A stretch of 64,000 nt of DNA from Lingula anatina. Taxonomy: Eukaryota > Animalia > Brachiopoda. A program made the translations under genes and the position numbers. The stretch is from contig CM120645.1 of NCBI GenBank assembly GCA_051362555.1, positions 21,390,001-21,454,000 on the forward strand. The letters run 5' to 3'. Below, in pieces: positions 11,601 to 23,017 of the stretch (positions are counted from its first letter, which is position 1; each line of letters opens with the position of its first letter). Below the pieces are notes generated by a model. It was not told the DNA's origin. It saw only the letters and a program-made list of their open reading frames with translations, and did not search any database.

Positions 11601-13443
11601 TTATTGTCTCTATGGGGATATATGGGGACTTTACGACATTCGGTTTGAATGTTTTGACCACTTTTGATAGAGCTTTTTTGCATTGTATTAGATTAATGTG
11701 GCAGTCTAAGGTTCATCTAGGTGGCTTTCAAAATTATGCACCCGGTTTTAAAATCATATAGCGATTTTACGACAATCGTTTCCTATCCAATCAAGGTGAC
11801 AGCCGAGCATGCCAGGGCTCATCCTGTCGGTGTTCTGGCTGATACTCCGAAATGCGATCTGACACACACCTTGAAAACGGGTAGTTTGGTCCGATATAGC
11901 GGTTAATTCAGGATCCTTAGGTGCCGAGTCTGGCAGTTGGGTAGGCCTGTGTATGTTTATCCTCATTTCATTTTATTTGCATTTCCTCTCTGTTTCAACC
12001 GCTATAATCATATCAGCATCCGCCACTACACTATTTTATGAGACAACGAGTGAGATCAGTGTGGTGAATACTTCTCCGGCAATGCTCCATGTTAACCAAG
12101 TAAACAAGCAACTTGGAGATAACACAGGTATATAACTGTTGACAGCATCTCCCTTCCTCTCTCTCTCTCTCTCTCTCTCTCTCATTCAGCCTGGTAACCT
12201 TCTTGCACGGAACACACTTACTGTACATTCACACAGCATTGTCAAATATCAGATTTCCCGAATTGAACTTTACTTCATGCTCTCAAGTAAATGACATGCA
12301 GGATCATAATGAGGAAAATATCTTCATCAATTTGAGAGTAAAACGTTCATCACTGTTTCAGGCACCACCGCTGGTATTGCCGTCGGAGGCGTTCTTGCCC
12401 TGGTCATAGTTGTTGGTGCAGTTGTCTTGGTAGTTTGTATAAGAAAACGGTATGTGAAATAAATTGTTGCAATGCTACATGTAAGGACCTTGGAACTGAA
12501 AGTATAACTTTTTATGTTGTGAAATAAAGGAGTATTCATCAATCGTAACAAGTGATGCAATTGCATGAAACAGAATACTGTTTACTTAAAAACTCAAGCG
12601 TGACTGGCAGAGGACTTTTGACCGAATCGTATAATGCCTAAGTGCAGGATTTGTATGCAATACTAGTACATATGTTCTTTCACAGCATCTTCAGTGCGCC
12701 ATATCTTTTTTTTTTTGTTTTGTTTTCTTTTCAGATTTATCTTCGTTACCATTTATGTATAAGAATAAACCAATTATATATGTGACAAATGACAACCTAC
12801 CTTTCGCTCTTTCTTAAAAGAAAACACTTATGGTTTTACATACATTTTGCATTATTTTTCCAGACGACGTGACAGCAGTGAACAGAAATCGTATCAGGCT
12901 TCATTTAAAGTGCCCAATCCCGGGTACAGTAATGTCTCTGAGTCATTGGAAATTGCGTCAGAGAACGGCGGGCCAACTTTTCCCAATGTATCACCTCAAA
13001 CTGATAACAATACCCATATGTCTGATTTATACTCGACCCCAAGGAAGCCCGTGATCAACGGGATAACAAATGGACCTTTATCCGAACAAACAGACTTAGA
13101 TGACCTATATTCGAAACCAATTAAACCAAAGAGAGGCGGTAACTCTGAATCACGTGGCACATCAGCCGTTTCTGATCTCAATTTAAAACCGCAAAAACCC
13201 AAACTGAAGCAAGCTGGACATGCGCATTATGGAGGAATTGAAAACGTAGGATACGGTGTAGCGGGATCACCAAATGAGAACGTTGACATGGTAACCAATG
13301 ACATGTATGGAGATTTGGGCTCTTCCGGTGGGGATATCATATTTGCAGATAATGATCTATACGAGGCTGGCGTGAACCCAGAGGACCAGGTGTATGCAGA
13401 TGGCGATGTGGTTGAGTTTGTAAGCAACGAGATTTATGCATAA
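2634..13443 (+). CDS. Receptor gene B: signal peptide-PLAT/LH2-ShK-like-mucin-TM-Tyr-rich tail (about 501 aa, 9 exons)
   Basis: Exons 2634-2691 (MMLCYRVFLLVCLAVAQVI), 5777-5924 (YKIFVKTGNTFGDGTDGDVLVTLYGTEGESSEQELDTNGNDFEQG, PLAT N-terminal half), 8166-8271 (LGEVRCIRV...DDWKMEY), 8440-8524 (FNYNGWF), 10198-10314 (CKDSSCDC...YC...RCQWSCHNC, ShK-like), 10561-10773 (mucin; acceptor reads AA), 12017-12127, 12362-12449 (TM GIAVGGVLALVIVVGAVVLVVC) and 12864-13443. Exon lengths sum to 1506 nt in frame. Confidence 0.85.
3821..5481 (+). mobile_element. Decayed Tc1/mariner DNA transposon in intron 1 of gene B
   Basis: TIR cagacttgacatttaatatggaatattt at 3821, with its reverse complement ending at 5481; both ends flanked by TA. 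Frame-broken transposase remnants include LPWSSKSPHLNRIDNMW (Tc1 WPxxSPDLNPIEN.W motif) and DAWNNIP. Confidence 0.9.
6437..8128 (+). mobile_element. Second decayed Tc1-like element with long (about 270-290 bp) imperfect TIRs, intron 2 of gene B
   Basis: TA|caacattggccaaaaagggtgtc at 6437 matches gacaacctttttgaccaatgttg|TA ending 8128. Inverted similarity continues inward to about 6735/7865. Remnant EYLWHELGRA (Tc1 PIEHLWDELGR-like) at about 7350. Confidence 0.85.
8817..9364. mobile_element. Foldback/MITE-like element with inverted arrays of a 21-bp repeat
   Basis: About six copies of ctattctcgtcgatcgt(g/c)taa at 8817-8940 are mirrored by reverse-complement copies at about 9230-9364. Inner inverted pair atcgatcgatcgccagagggcgctgcggtagca / tgctaccgcagcgccctctgtcgatcgatcgat. 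Confidence 0.8.
10861..11216. mobile_element. Inverted-repeat element (about 140-bp arms) resembling paired Penelope-like pLTR fragments
   Basis: 10861-11003 is the diverged reverse complement of 11074-11216 (aagaatgaagtaattttt / aaaaattacttcattctt; ctctattcaggagatatac / gtatatctcctgaatagag). The arms contain ccctgatgaaga, typical of Penelope hammerhead-bearing termini. Confidence 0.7.
10921..10962 (-). ncRNA. Minimal type-I hammerhead ribozyme motif
   Basis: The minus strand reads UUCC-CUGAUGA-A-GAUGU-ucugcuau-AUAUC-GAAA-UA-UU-GGAG. It has the intact CUGAUGA/GAAA/UH core, a 5-bp stem II, a 4-bp stem I and a palindromic AUAU stem III. Confidence 0.6.
11399..11949. mobile_element. MITE with about 108-bp TIRs and tgtat direct flanks
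   Basis: caggcctacccaactaccagactcggcacctaaggat...gtgtgtcagatcgcatttcggagtatca matches its reverse complement ending 11949. tgtat at 11394-11398 and 11950-11954. Confidence 0.88.
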
Positions 13444-14342
13444 CATACGGGTATATATATGTACTAGTATCTTGAATGTTGTATTGTCCAGTGTACTGGG
13501 TATTGACTGACGATACTCAGGCATAGGAAAGAATATTCCTTTGCTAGATGAACTTCAGTTTGGCAAACGCGGAATTGTTTACAGCCTCAGCGTTACGGAC
13601 GTTACGATGTGTTACGTGTTGATTATAATTATATGTTTCAAATCTATTTGCGGGCCAATTAATATTAACACTACACTGAAAAATTTCTGAGCACGCACAG
13701 GAAAAAATGCTGAATGGTTGTAAGTTATACTCAACTGACTGGTGCTGAGTTCACTGACATAATTAGCATTTTGATTACATCCCGTAATGGGCAAATATCA
13801 AGACCTTGCAATATATGTCATCTTTTCTTTCATCTCTTAATAGAGACAGATCTTTAAGAAAATCGAATGTTTACAATTTTCATTCTTCTGGCCCAAAGTG
13901 CAATGAACAAATAAACTATTATCTTGGCATATATTTACTTTTTGTTTAGTTGAATATACAACCAGATAGGTTTGAAAAGTAAAACAAAAAATAATAGTTA
14001 CAATTGCATACGCTATTCACTATTACATAAATAAACAATACTGAATCTTTTCTCTGTTTAAATAACGAAGTGAGTAAAAACTCTCTCTATATCAAGCGGA
14101 AAGCGAGCACTTTTAAAACTGCATAGCTTATCCGCAATAACGTAATACAACGTATATCAATACTTAATACATGTCGATATCGCGATAATGGTACTGACAA
14201 TAACAATTGTCCTTATGTAACAGATATTTTAGTGAAAATGTAGCGATAACGAGTCGTCATTACAGTACACTTACAAGCGTGTTGTCCACTATCATGTCCC
14301 AGAAGCAGGGACAAATTGATCCGTAAACTGGACGGTGTGTCG

Positions 14343-17300
14343 ATGCCAGTTATGATGTATATTCTGACTGCCCTATCGTTCCTATTTTGTCATGCGTCAG
14401 TTGCTAAAGGTAAGTTAGAAACCTTTTTGCTGAAGAGAAAGGTACGTATATGTCTTGTGCCATATTATGCCCTAGGAACTAGATTAACATTTTACGGGAA
14501 AAGTATCAAAGTTGTAAACTTATGTAGAGTATACGAGAAGAATTGAAAAGAACTTATTTCCTAAATGTAGCACAAGGTAAGTCACTTTCGTCACACAAAA
14601 TGGTTAGTTCATAACATTTACCAAATATCACAATAAAAAAGTAATCACGGCGATGCTTTTAAGATTAAAAGTGTTTTTCAAGAAGAGTTACATGTAGGAA
14701 TGAAATGAAGAGTATGGTTAAAACTGGTTGATTCACTATTACGTCATTCCATAGGCTGACATTCTCTGAAAATATTATGACATACAGGGGCAAAATGCAG
14801 TTATATTATATAACACTACTGACGTCGATGTAAAATATGCATGTATTATCAAATGTGGAAGGTTTCGAATGATATTTTTTTTAGACTGCAAATATGCAAT
14901 ACACAGTTCACAGACGAATCGAAATACTGAATAAAAGACCATCAAACGTCAATTGAATCAAATGGATCATTATTCAAATGAAGCCATGCTAATAAATAAC
15001 AATAATTATATACAATCTGGTATTCAAGAAATTTAGTAGTTTTAAACCATAAAAAGTTTTAAACTAAAATCTAATTTAAAAAACCGATTGCTCTGAACTA
15101 TAAGAAGTTAAAAGAATTAAAAGTAATAACGTGTAAAAAGAAACTTCATATTTTTTAGTTTTATTGGCGTTCAATTTTCTTCTGATGGATGGTGGTGTAT
15201 CCATATTAAATGCTGCCATCACACTGTTTCAGCTGATCATTCTTACATCATATCAGTGAAAACTGCCGATACCCAAGGGGCGGGGACTGACGGGAGTGTA
15301 TTTATTACCTTATATGGACAGGATGCGACTTCTAACGAAAAGTATCTTGATGATCCTTTTCGTAACGATTTTGTCAGAAACGGGTAAGATATTGTTTTTC
15401 ATTATGAAGTTCAAAGTTGCATTAGTCATTATATGCTAGACAGTTACATTTTTTTATTTCTGGTTATTGAAGGTGTTGGTCATGAATACGGTAATTTATT
15501 TAAGAAACGCATTTCTACAACTTTTCAAAAAGAAAAGAAAGAAAAACATATTTGCAGTCAAGTGTCAAATTGCTAGCAGTCAATTTTGTTCAAATCTACA
15601 ATCCAGCAGTTTCAGTTGCCAGAAAAAAAATAATAAAAAAATATGTGATGCCAATTTGCTCTTAATTTGAAGCAATAACAAGGTGATTTATTTTTTTAGT
15701 CTTACCATATATAAGCGTTTTTTATGTTCTTTTTCAGCCTTGACAGATTCACAGTTACAACTGAAGCATCACTTGGGGACATCAAGTGCCTAAAGATACA
15801 ATTCCTAGCGATTTTTGATACGTGGCATTTAGATTATGTATGTTTTTGTTAATTGTTCTAGATACTTTGATACCTAGTAAACTACTTAATGGACGACCAA
15901 AACATTACTTTTAATAAGAAATGAATGGGTAATAAAATGTTATGCGTTTATCTATGGCACATTCACACGTTGCTCATATAAAGGTATTCGAACATAGAAT
16001 AAATGAACTCGAGACATTTTAAAATTCTTCTTACCATCATTTTTATAAACAAGTATTTGAGAGTCCATTATATCTTGGTATACCATATAATATATTTTTC
16101 TTTTTAGGTTTTGGTATCCTACGGACGAAGCTCCTGGACCTTTGACTGTGATTGTGAACTTTTGTATCGAACTATACACTTGTCCACAGGTACTTTTTTA
16201 AAAAGATATTTTAAACATAATGATTATAAAAATTCATTTCAATGGCATAACTGTATCTTTAATTTACCCACGCCTTTAACGTCAAATTCTCTCTCTGTGA
16301 CGTCTTATTTCAGGGACAGAGAACTGTCATGATTTATCATGTGACTGCATTGAACATGCGCGCAAAGGTGAATGTGGCTCACTCACTGTTCAGGAGAGAT
16401 GTCCGTGGTCATGTGAAACCTGTAAAGGTGAATTTTGATCGTGGTAATTATATGAAGTGTACCCTTATCTTTTTTTACTTAATCCCCCCTTAATATGTAA
16501 TTTAATTAATTGTAATCAATGTGGCTTAAAAAGAGTGTATGTTATACAAAGATGCTAGTTTTATGACCATTTAGACCATTTAACCACATCATCATCAAAC
16601 AAAGCGACGTCAGATGTAGCAACGATATTCATGACGTCAGAGCCAGTCTCGGTACCAGTGACGTCATCAAGCGGAACTCCTATAGTGCAAACAACGTCCG
16701 TGACCTATACAACGAATATTTCAACTTTTATTCATGACACATACAGCACAGACAAACGGGACCAATCTACAATTTATACTGAGGTATCTGCAACTTATAC
16801 TGAGGGTGAGTAAATCAAGTTTCTCCAGACATTGAAATGCCCGTTGTTAAAAGCATATATTCTACTAAAATGTCGCAATACATACACTTTTTATTTAGAG
16901 TATATTTCATTAGGCTTTAAAATGATTTCCCTTTGTTTTTTAAACAGTTCCTTCGCCGAGTACCTTAAATATTGCAGAAAAGAGCAAGGTTTGGAATATT
17001 GAAAATTTTATCGAGAACGGAAAACTATCAGGTGCAGTTTGTTAATGTTTTTCTTTGAACATGCGCTAAAAATAACAAAAATCGCTTTTGCAGAGGACTT
17101 TGTAATGTTAACAAAATGATTAAGGCGCTTACAATTCTAACACCAACAGCCACATGTTGATATTAAATGGAAATCTGAAAATGCTAAAGGCATCAATTGC
17201 CAAAACCATTAGATGACGTACATATCAGATCAATTTGCCTAACCTCTGAGCATCCTGTAATTCAGACATCTTTCGGTTATTTCTTACTGTCACATCATAT

Positions 17301-18321
17301 ATATTAACGTTTTTATAGTCACTGGTATAGGTATTGTCATCGCAGCGCTTGTAGGGATTGCTGGAATGGTAGCACTGGCGTTTGTAGCCCGACGAAGGTA
17401 TGTGTGCTACACCCATTTCATAACTTATGTTTCATAATACTAATTCTCATTATGTTGTTATGCACATGTGAAATTAATGCGTATCTATCGAAACTTTTGG
17501 ATATATTTAAGGTTTTACATGTGCGCGCGTGCATGGGTACAAGTGTTTGTTTCCAGAGGACAGTGCAAACTGGCATGCAATATGAAATGGGCATTAAATA
17601 CGATGCATTGTTCCTAAGGGCCTTATTATTTAGATTAAATGATATTTTGTTATAAGGCTGTACCACAAGAACTTTATTCATATTTTGTATAACCTTTTGA
17701 TGAATCGTGTACGAAATATCAAAACATGATTTCATTTAATCCGGTAGATATGCGGCAAGAAAAACTAAGGCGACTAAACATTTCTCTGCCACTAATGATT
17801 CCGGACGAATTAGAACTATATCTAGCCAAAACGAACCCAAGCTACCAGATCAAGGATGGCATAAGACACAAGACAAAACACCACCAAATTTGGTACCGAA
17901 CAGGATGTGTGTCCAAGAGACTGCTCCTGTTAATGGTACCAGTGTCTATTCCTATGAAAAGGCCAATCTGTCACAGTTGAACAGTTCTAGAGGGAACGAG
18001 GTCTTTCGCCACTCTGACGCCAATGGTAAAACGGATCCCATCTCGCATGAAAAGAGATACATAGAGATACATCACGAAAAATCGAGGGAAGAACGACTGG
18101 TTGATCAGTATGAAAGTCCACGGCAAGGTTCGAATCGCCTGGGTACCACGCAACTTATTTGTAACAGTCTGTATGCAGTGAATGAGGACTCTGCTTTAAG
18201 AATGAATTCTCTTTATGGAGAAGCCGACACTTCTGATACGGTATTTGTTGACAATGTTATTTACGACGAGGACAGCGATGGTGATGATCAACTGATGGAA
18301 AATTATTTATATGAGGCATGA
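14343..18321 (+). CDS. Receptor gene C: signal peptide-PLAT/LH2-ShK-like-mucin-TM-Tyr-rich tail (about 493 aa, 9 exons)
   Basis: Exons 14343-14409 (signal peptide), 15233-15383 (YIISVKTADTQGAGTDGSVFITLYG...NDFVRNG), 15738-15837 (LDRFTV...LGDIKCLKI...DTWHLDY), 16108-16189, 16314-16427 (CHDLSCDC...GEC...RCPWSCETC), 16575-16805 (mucin), 16948-17031, 17319-17397 (TM) and 17748-18321. All introns GT-AG, 1482 nt in frame, phases 1,2,0,1,1,1,1,2 identical to gene B. AATAAA at about 18347. Confidence 0.9.
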
Positions 18322-19274
18322 GTCTAATAATAAGAATTGTTTTAAAAATAAAAAAGTAGATTGTAAATGCTGCGTGACCTCAAAGCGCATGAAGAAGAGC
18401 AATTTCTGATTATGAGTTAGCTAAATAGACAAAGAGACAGTGAAAGCTGAAATAATGTGAAAGATCAGAAACCTAAAAGTTAATTCTGACTAATTTCGCA
18501 GGCCTAAATGCACATCATATAGTCCGAATCAGATATCTGGTCTGCGCTGTCTAAACTTAAAAGCATTTGCACATTGTATATAAATAACGGTCTCTTAATT
18601 TTGCATTACGGTTGTAATGGAATTCTCGATTGAAAATTTTCAACTATTTGAAATTAAGTGCGACGCTGATTAGGAAATTGCTTTAAATAGCGACTCGAAT
18701 TTTAAGAGCTATTATCAACCCAGTCTTGTAATGATTAAAGATCAAACGAAACATAATTTTGCCTTAGATCTTTATTACAGTGTAGCCTTACCAATTACAT
18801 AAGTCAAGAGCAAGGTCGAATTGTTAGCAATTTTGAGGCGCAGACTTTAATTTTCCAATTATTAATTTTCCAATAAATAAATCAATCAAAATTGTTTTTA
18901 ATGAGATTTATGAAATGTCAAAAGCCCTTTCTGTCTTAATAACTTTATGATAAAATGATAGCGTGAATGCCAATTGGAAATGAACACTGGCGAAGTAAAT
19001 ATTCAGAAATGGTAGGGGGGGGGTCAAAACAAATACCGTGGCAATTTTACAATAAGCTTATGGTTATGACTGTTGTAATGAAGGGCATTGGTGCACAACA
19101 CAAGCAGTTGTCAGCAATTACAAACAAAAAAAATCTGATGATATAACATAGTGACGTTTTGATCCACATTTAAGACAATGTAAGGAGTTTTCAGAACAGT
19201 CCCAATATCTGCCGTTTACTCCTGTATGATGTTGGAGATTGGGTGCATGTGGGCTTTTAGAGGAGTAACCTTAA

Positions 19275-19617
19275 AGGGATAATAACTCTTCGTTTCGGTC
19301 AAAAAAAAATAATTTTCCTGGAGTAAACAACAATTTTCCCATACTTACCGATGGTTAATGAATCCATTTTTACATTCAAAGTTAGTCCCTGTTTTTTTTT
19401 TTCTAAAAAGTTTGGTTTTTTTGTTAAAATCTCTTAAGTGATTATTACAGAGTATAGCCATCAATGAAGGTCACGTGGTCTAAAGACAAGCTCAGATATC
19501 AGAATAATAGCTGTTACTGACGTTTTTGTGGTAAAACAGAATCTATTATATTTCTATGAGTTATTCACAATGTTTTTATTGTGAAATATAGATCTCATAC
19601 GAAGAGTTATTATCCCT
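19275..19617. mobile_element. MITE with TTAA target duplication (Kolobok-like termini)
   Basis: TTAA|agggataataactcttcgt ... acgaagagttattatccct|TTAA; perfect 19-bp TIR. Confidence 0.8.
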
Positions 19618-20452
19618 TTAAACAAACACAATATGTATAACCGATTGGAATTGGCGATCATTACTATACCAGACAAATTAACCTTTTCACTCTCAATTTA
19701 CAAGTTAAATCAGATTATTTGGATGACGGAAGAGGAAATGAGATGTGCCAGTAAAATTTTCTTCATCAGACGTAATTGCTGCCTCGAGTATATAAAAATC
19801 CTCGTGTAAGCGGCATTACATATTTTCACAAGCGACATTGCCAGTGTCTGTAGGAAAACGCAGGTAGGTACATATTTGCAAAGTGTAAACACATCCATCG
19901 ATGGCGCATGTGGACAGTTCTTGTACACCATAAAAAGTATTGACAGTCTATGTTTGCAACTTTTTAGTACTATTTTTAGTTATATTGTATATTTTATCGA
20001 AGATAGTAGTTGTATTGGCACTGAATGCACAAACGAATTCACTGGGAAACAGAGAGAGGAAAATAGGTTGTTGCGAAGTGTTTATTGAGTCGTACTTCCC
20101 GAGGACACAGTCATAAACTGTTTTATAATGCCCTCTCAAACAGTAAATACTGTCACTTAAATCAGCAAATCTGGCCGTTTTCTGTCAGCTGCTTTCATCG
20201 CAGAGATGTGACTGATCTATGTTTTTTTTTTACTTATCAGTAACCGAAAGAAAATAGTGGAATTCTATTCTTTAATTTCTATTAAATTTCTATGAGGTGA
20301 GATTATACATCTACACTCAAAAAATTGAAGCGTGTTCTTTATCTGATTGAAACAACAGCAAGAAGCAGTAGCCATATTATTATTTTTTTTTTTTTGTTAA
20401 TATCATTTGTTTAGTTAATAAAATATCATTTTGTTCCAGATAATTCATCAAC

Positions 20453-21367
20453 ATGAAGTGTATTGTAGTGTTGATACTGTTTGTTGCAGTCGCACAAGTC
20501 GAATGCGCCCCTAGAGGTAAGGAACGCCCGCATTGTTTTCCGTCAAGATCATATTTGTTCAGCCACATTAGCAAAACAAAGTCTTCAGAAATTCGTTATA
20601 AAGAGCATTACATGAAAAATGAGACACAATGAATGCTTTATTTTTTGTAACAATTAACTCAGTTATTCTCCAACCCACAAATATATGTTCTAGGATAATA
20701 GAGAAACAACAAAACGCATGTATTTTCTCATTATTATTATTATTATGTGATTGTATAGATTTTTGGTTTTGATTGAAGGCCTTTTTACGCTTAGGTTTTT
20801 ACGATATTGATCAGGGAAGAGCGTTTCACAAACGCCTGTGTCCCAGTAGACATTTTTAAAACTTAAATGAAATATTGTCACTTCTAAAAGTAAAAGCAAA
20901 AGTAAGGGGTCTCGTTGAAAATTTGAGAAACGCAATTTATTTTCCATAGGATTCTATATTAAGACGTCATAGTCGTTTTCTAAGACAATTGTATCTATCT
21001 CCTCACAGTCTGTCGAGGTGACCTTGTTTGGACGGAATGTGGCACCGCATGTGAGCGTAGCTGTAATCGACCGGATGTCAGTGTCTGCACCAAGAACTGC
21101 ATCCCTGACACGTGCCAATGCCCCGCAGGGAAAATCCGCAAGGACGGCACGAACGCATGCCTCGACTCCATGGATCAGTGCTGCCCCGGGGATCTGGTGT
21201 GGACAGACTGCGCCACAGCGTGTGAGCGCACCTGTAGCCAACCTGAAAAAAGAAGAGCCTGCACTTTTAACTGCGTTCCCGGCGTCACCTGCCAATGTCC
21301 TCCTGGAAAAATCCGTCGCGACGGCACTAACGAGTGCGTCAACAACGTAGCCCAGTGCTTAGCATAA
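20453..21367 (+). CDS. Secreted two-domain TIL (Ascaris-type trypsin-inhibitor-like, 10-Cys) protease inhibitor
   Basis: Exon 20453-20516 (MKCIVVLILFVAVAQVECAPR) is spliced in phase 1 to 21009-21367, which encodes two tandem 10-Cys domains: CRGDLVWTECGTACERSC...CTKNC...CQC...C...C and CPGDLVWTDCATACERTC...CTFNC...CQC...C...C. Confidence 0.92.
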
Positions 21368-23017
21368 AGTTCATCGGCCTTCACCTGAGAGGTCAAGGTC
21401 ATGCAGCGTTTCTTTTTTCAAAAAGAGAAAGTGTTTGGGCTAAAAAAATGTAACAAATCACTTGTTTTCCAATTACTTGTCTGAAGATAAACTGCAATGA
21501 ATTGTTATTCCGGCATTTGTTTTTATTATTTCGGGTAAACTGCATCAATTTGCGTTACAGCTGCATATGGTACCTGCATAAGATCCATTTCGATAAAACA
21601 AATGTTGATTGGCAAATACTCACGCTGATTAAAACATAAGAATGTAACTGTGGGTATTATTTATCGAGAGTGTAATTCACTAAACAGCTTTGAATCAATA
21701 AAAAAATTATGAAATATTGACGAGCAGTGGGCTGAGACAAACGCTTAACTGATGGAAAAATAATTAAGAGAACCAAAAAGACCTACACTTCATAAAGATC
21801 CTTCATACCCAGAAGCATTTTCTTGAATGGTTGAGAAATGAGGTAGGGAGAGTGGGGGGGGGGGGGGGGGGGGGGGGGGACTACTCTGGTGTGGTTTATT
21901 GGTTTGACAACAAAGTAATATGATAGACCTCCGAATATCTTGCTGCTAATTTGATGGTGGGAAATACATATTACAACTATGTCACAGACAGAGAGGGCCG
22001 GTTGTCATAGCTGCATCTCTTGTAAATAAAAATGAAAATAACAAATTTTGATTTTATAATATTATTCAAGATTGAATGAAACTTTTGCAAAACAAATTAT
22101 GCACGTTCTGCACGAAGTTGTTGTGCAATCACATGTCTGCCTGTAGTTCTAAATAAAAGGAAATCATGGCACCTATGCATGTGAGAAGGCAAACTTGGAT
22201 TTTTTGGGGGGGAGGGGGGGCTGTTAAATAATTTTTAAAATCGCAGACATTTAAATGTATGTTAGCCTTCTGTATAGCATTTTTCTGGAATTTTCAACAC
22301 TTTCCCTCACTACCAAGGTGTATCAATTCCTAAGTCGTAGAAAAAAATACGCATTGTAAATCGTTTATTTTTTTTTCCTTTTTGATCAAAATTTCTCATT
22401 TTTGAGCCACTCCCGAAATGGAGATGAAGACTTATGGATTTCACTCGTGATGATAAAAAATAAGAATACAAGAGCTCAAAACTAGATATATAGATAGATT
22501 GGCATTTTCTCAGCAGTTTTGGATAGGCTACATGTAAACCTTCTTGATGAATGACAAGGTATAAAAAGTTCCAGGGAATTAATTTTGAGCTATGTACAAT
22601 AATCTTAAACCTCCTTTCACCAATCTTTTTTCCTGACAACGTGGTAGTAAGCTTTCTTCATTTTATTTATACGTTCTTTTCCACGGTCGACCAACAGTTT
22701 TGTTCAAACGAGAGATCTGAAGCGATCTACATATAAGTTACAGAAAATGCAGGGGACATAATTAGAAAATATTACAATCACAAAGAATAAAATATTCATG
22801 ATAACATATAAGTCACAACAAACACATATAATTTATTTTTTTAAAAAGTGTTTACTGAAAAAAATGAGAAAAAAAATAAAGCAATAACAATACCTGTAAG
22901 CTTTAACTGTAAGTTAGCGCACAAAATGTGTGACAAAGCAATTAAACTTTAATGATAATTAAAAAGACATATCCCATTACTTCACCCTTTTCTTCTGAAA
23001 TGTGAATTTTCCATTTC

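Noticed and set aside
11373-11966. Two similar ORFs on opposite strands (RPTQLPDSAPKD...)
   Set aside because: They are translations of the two TIRs of one MITE.
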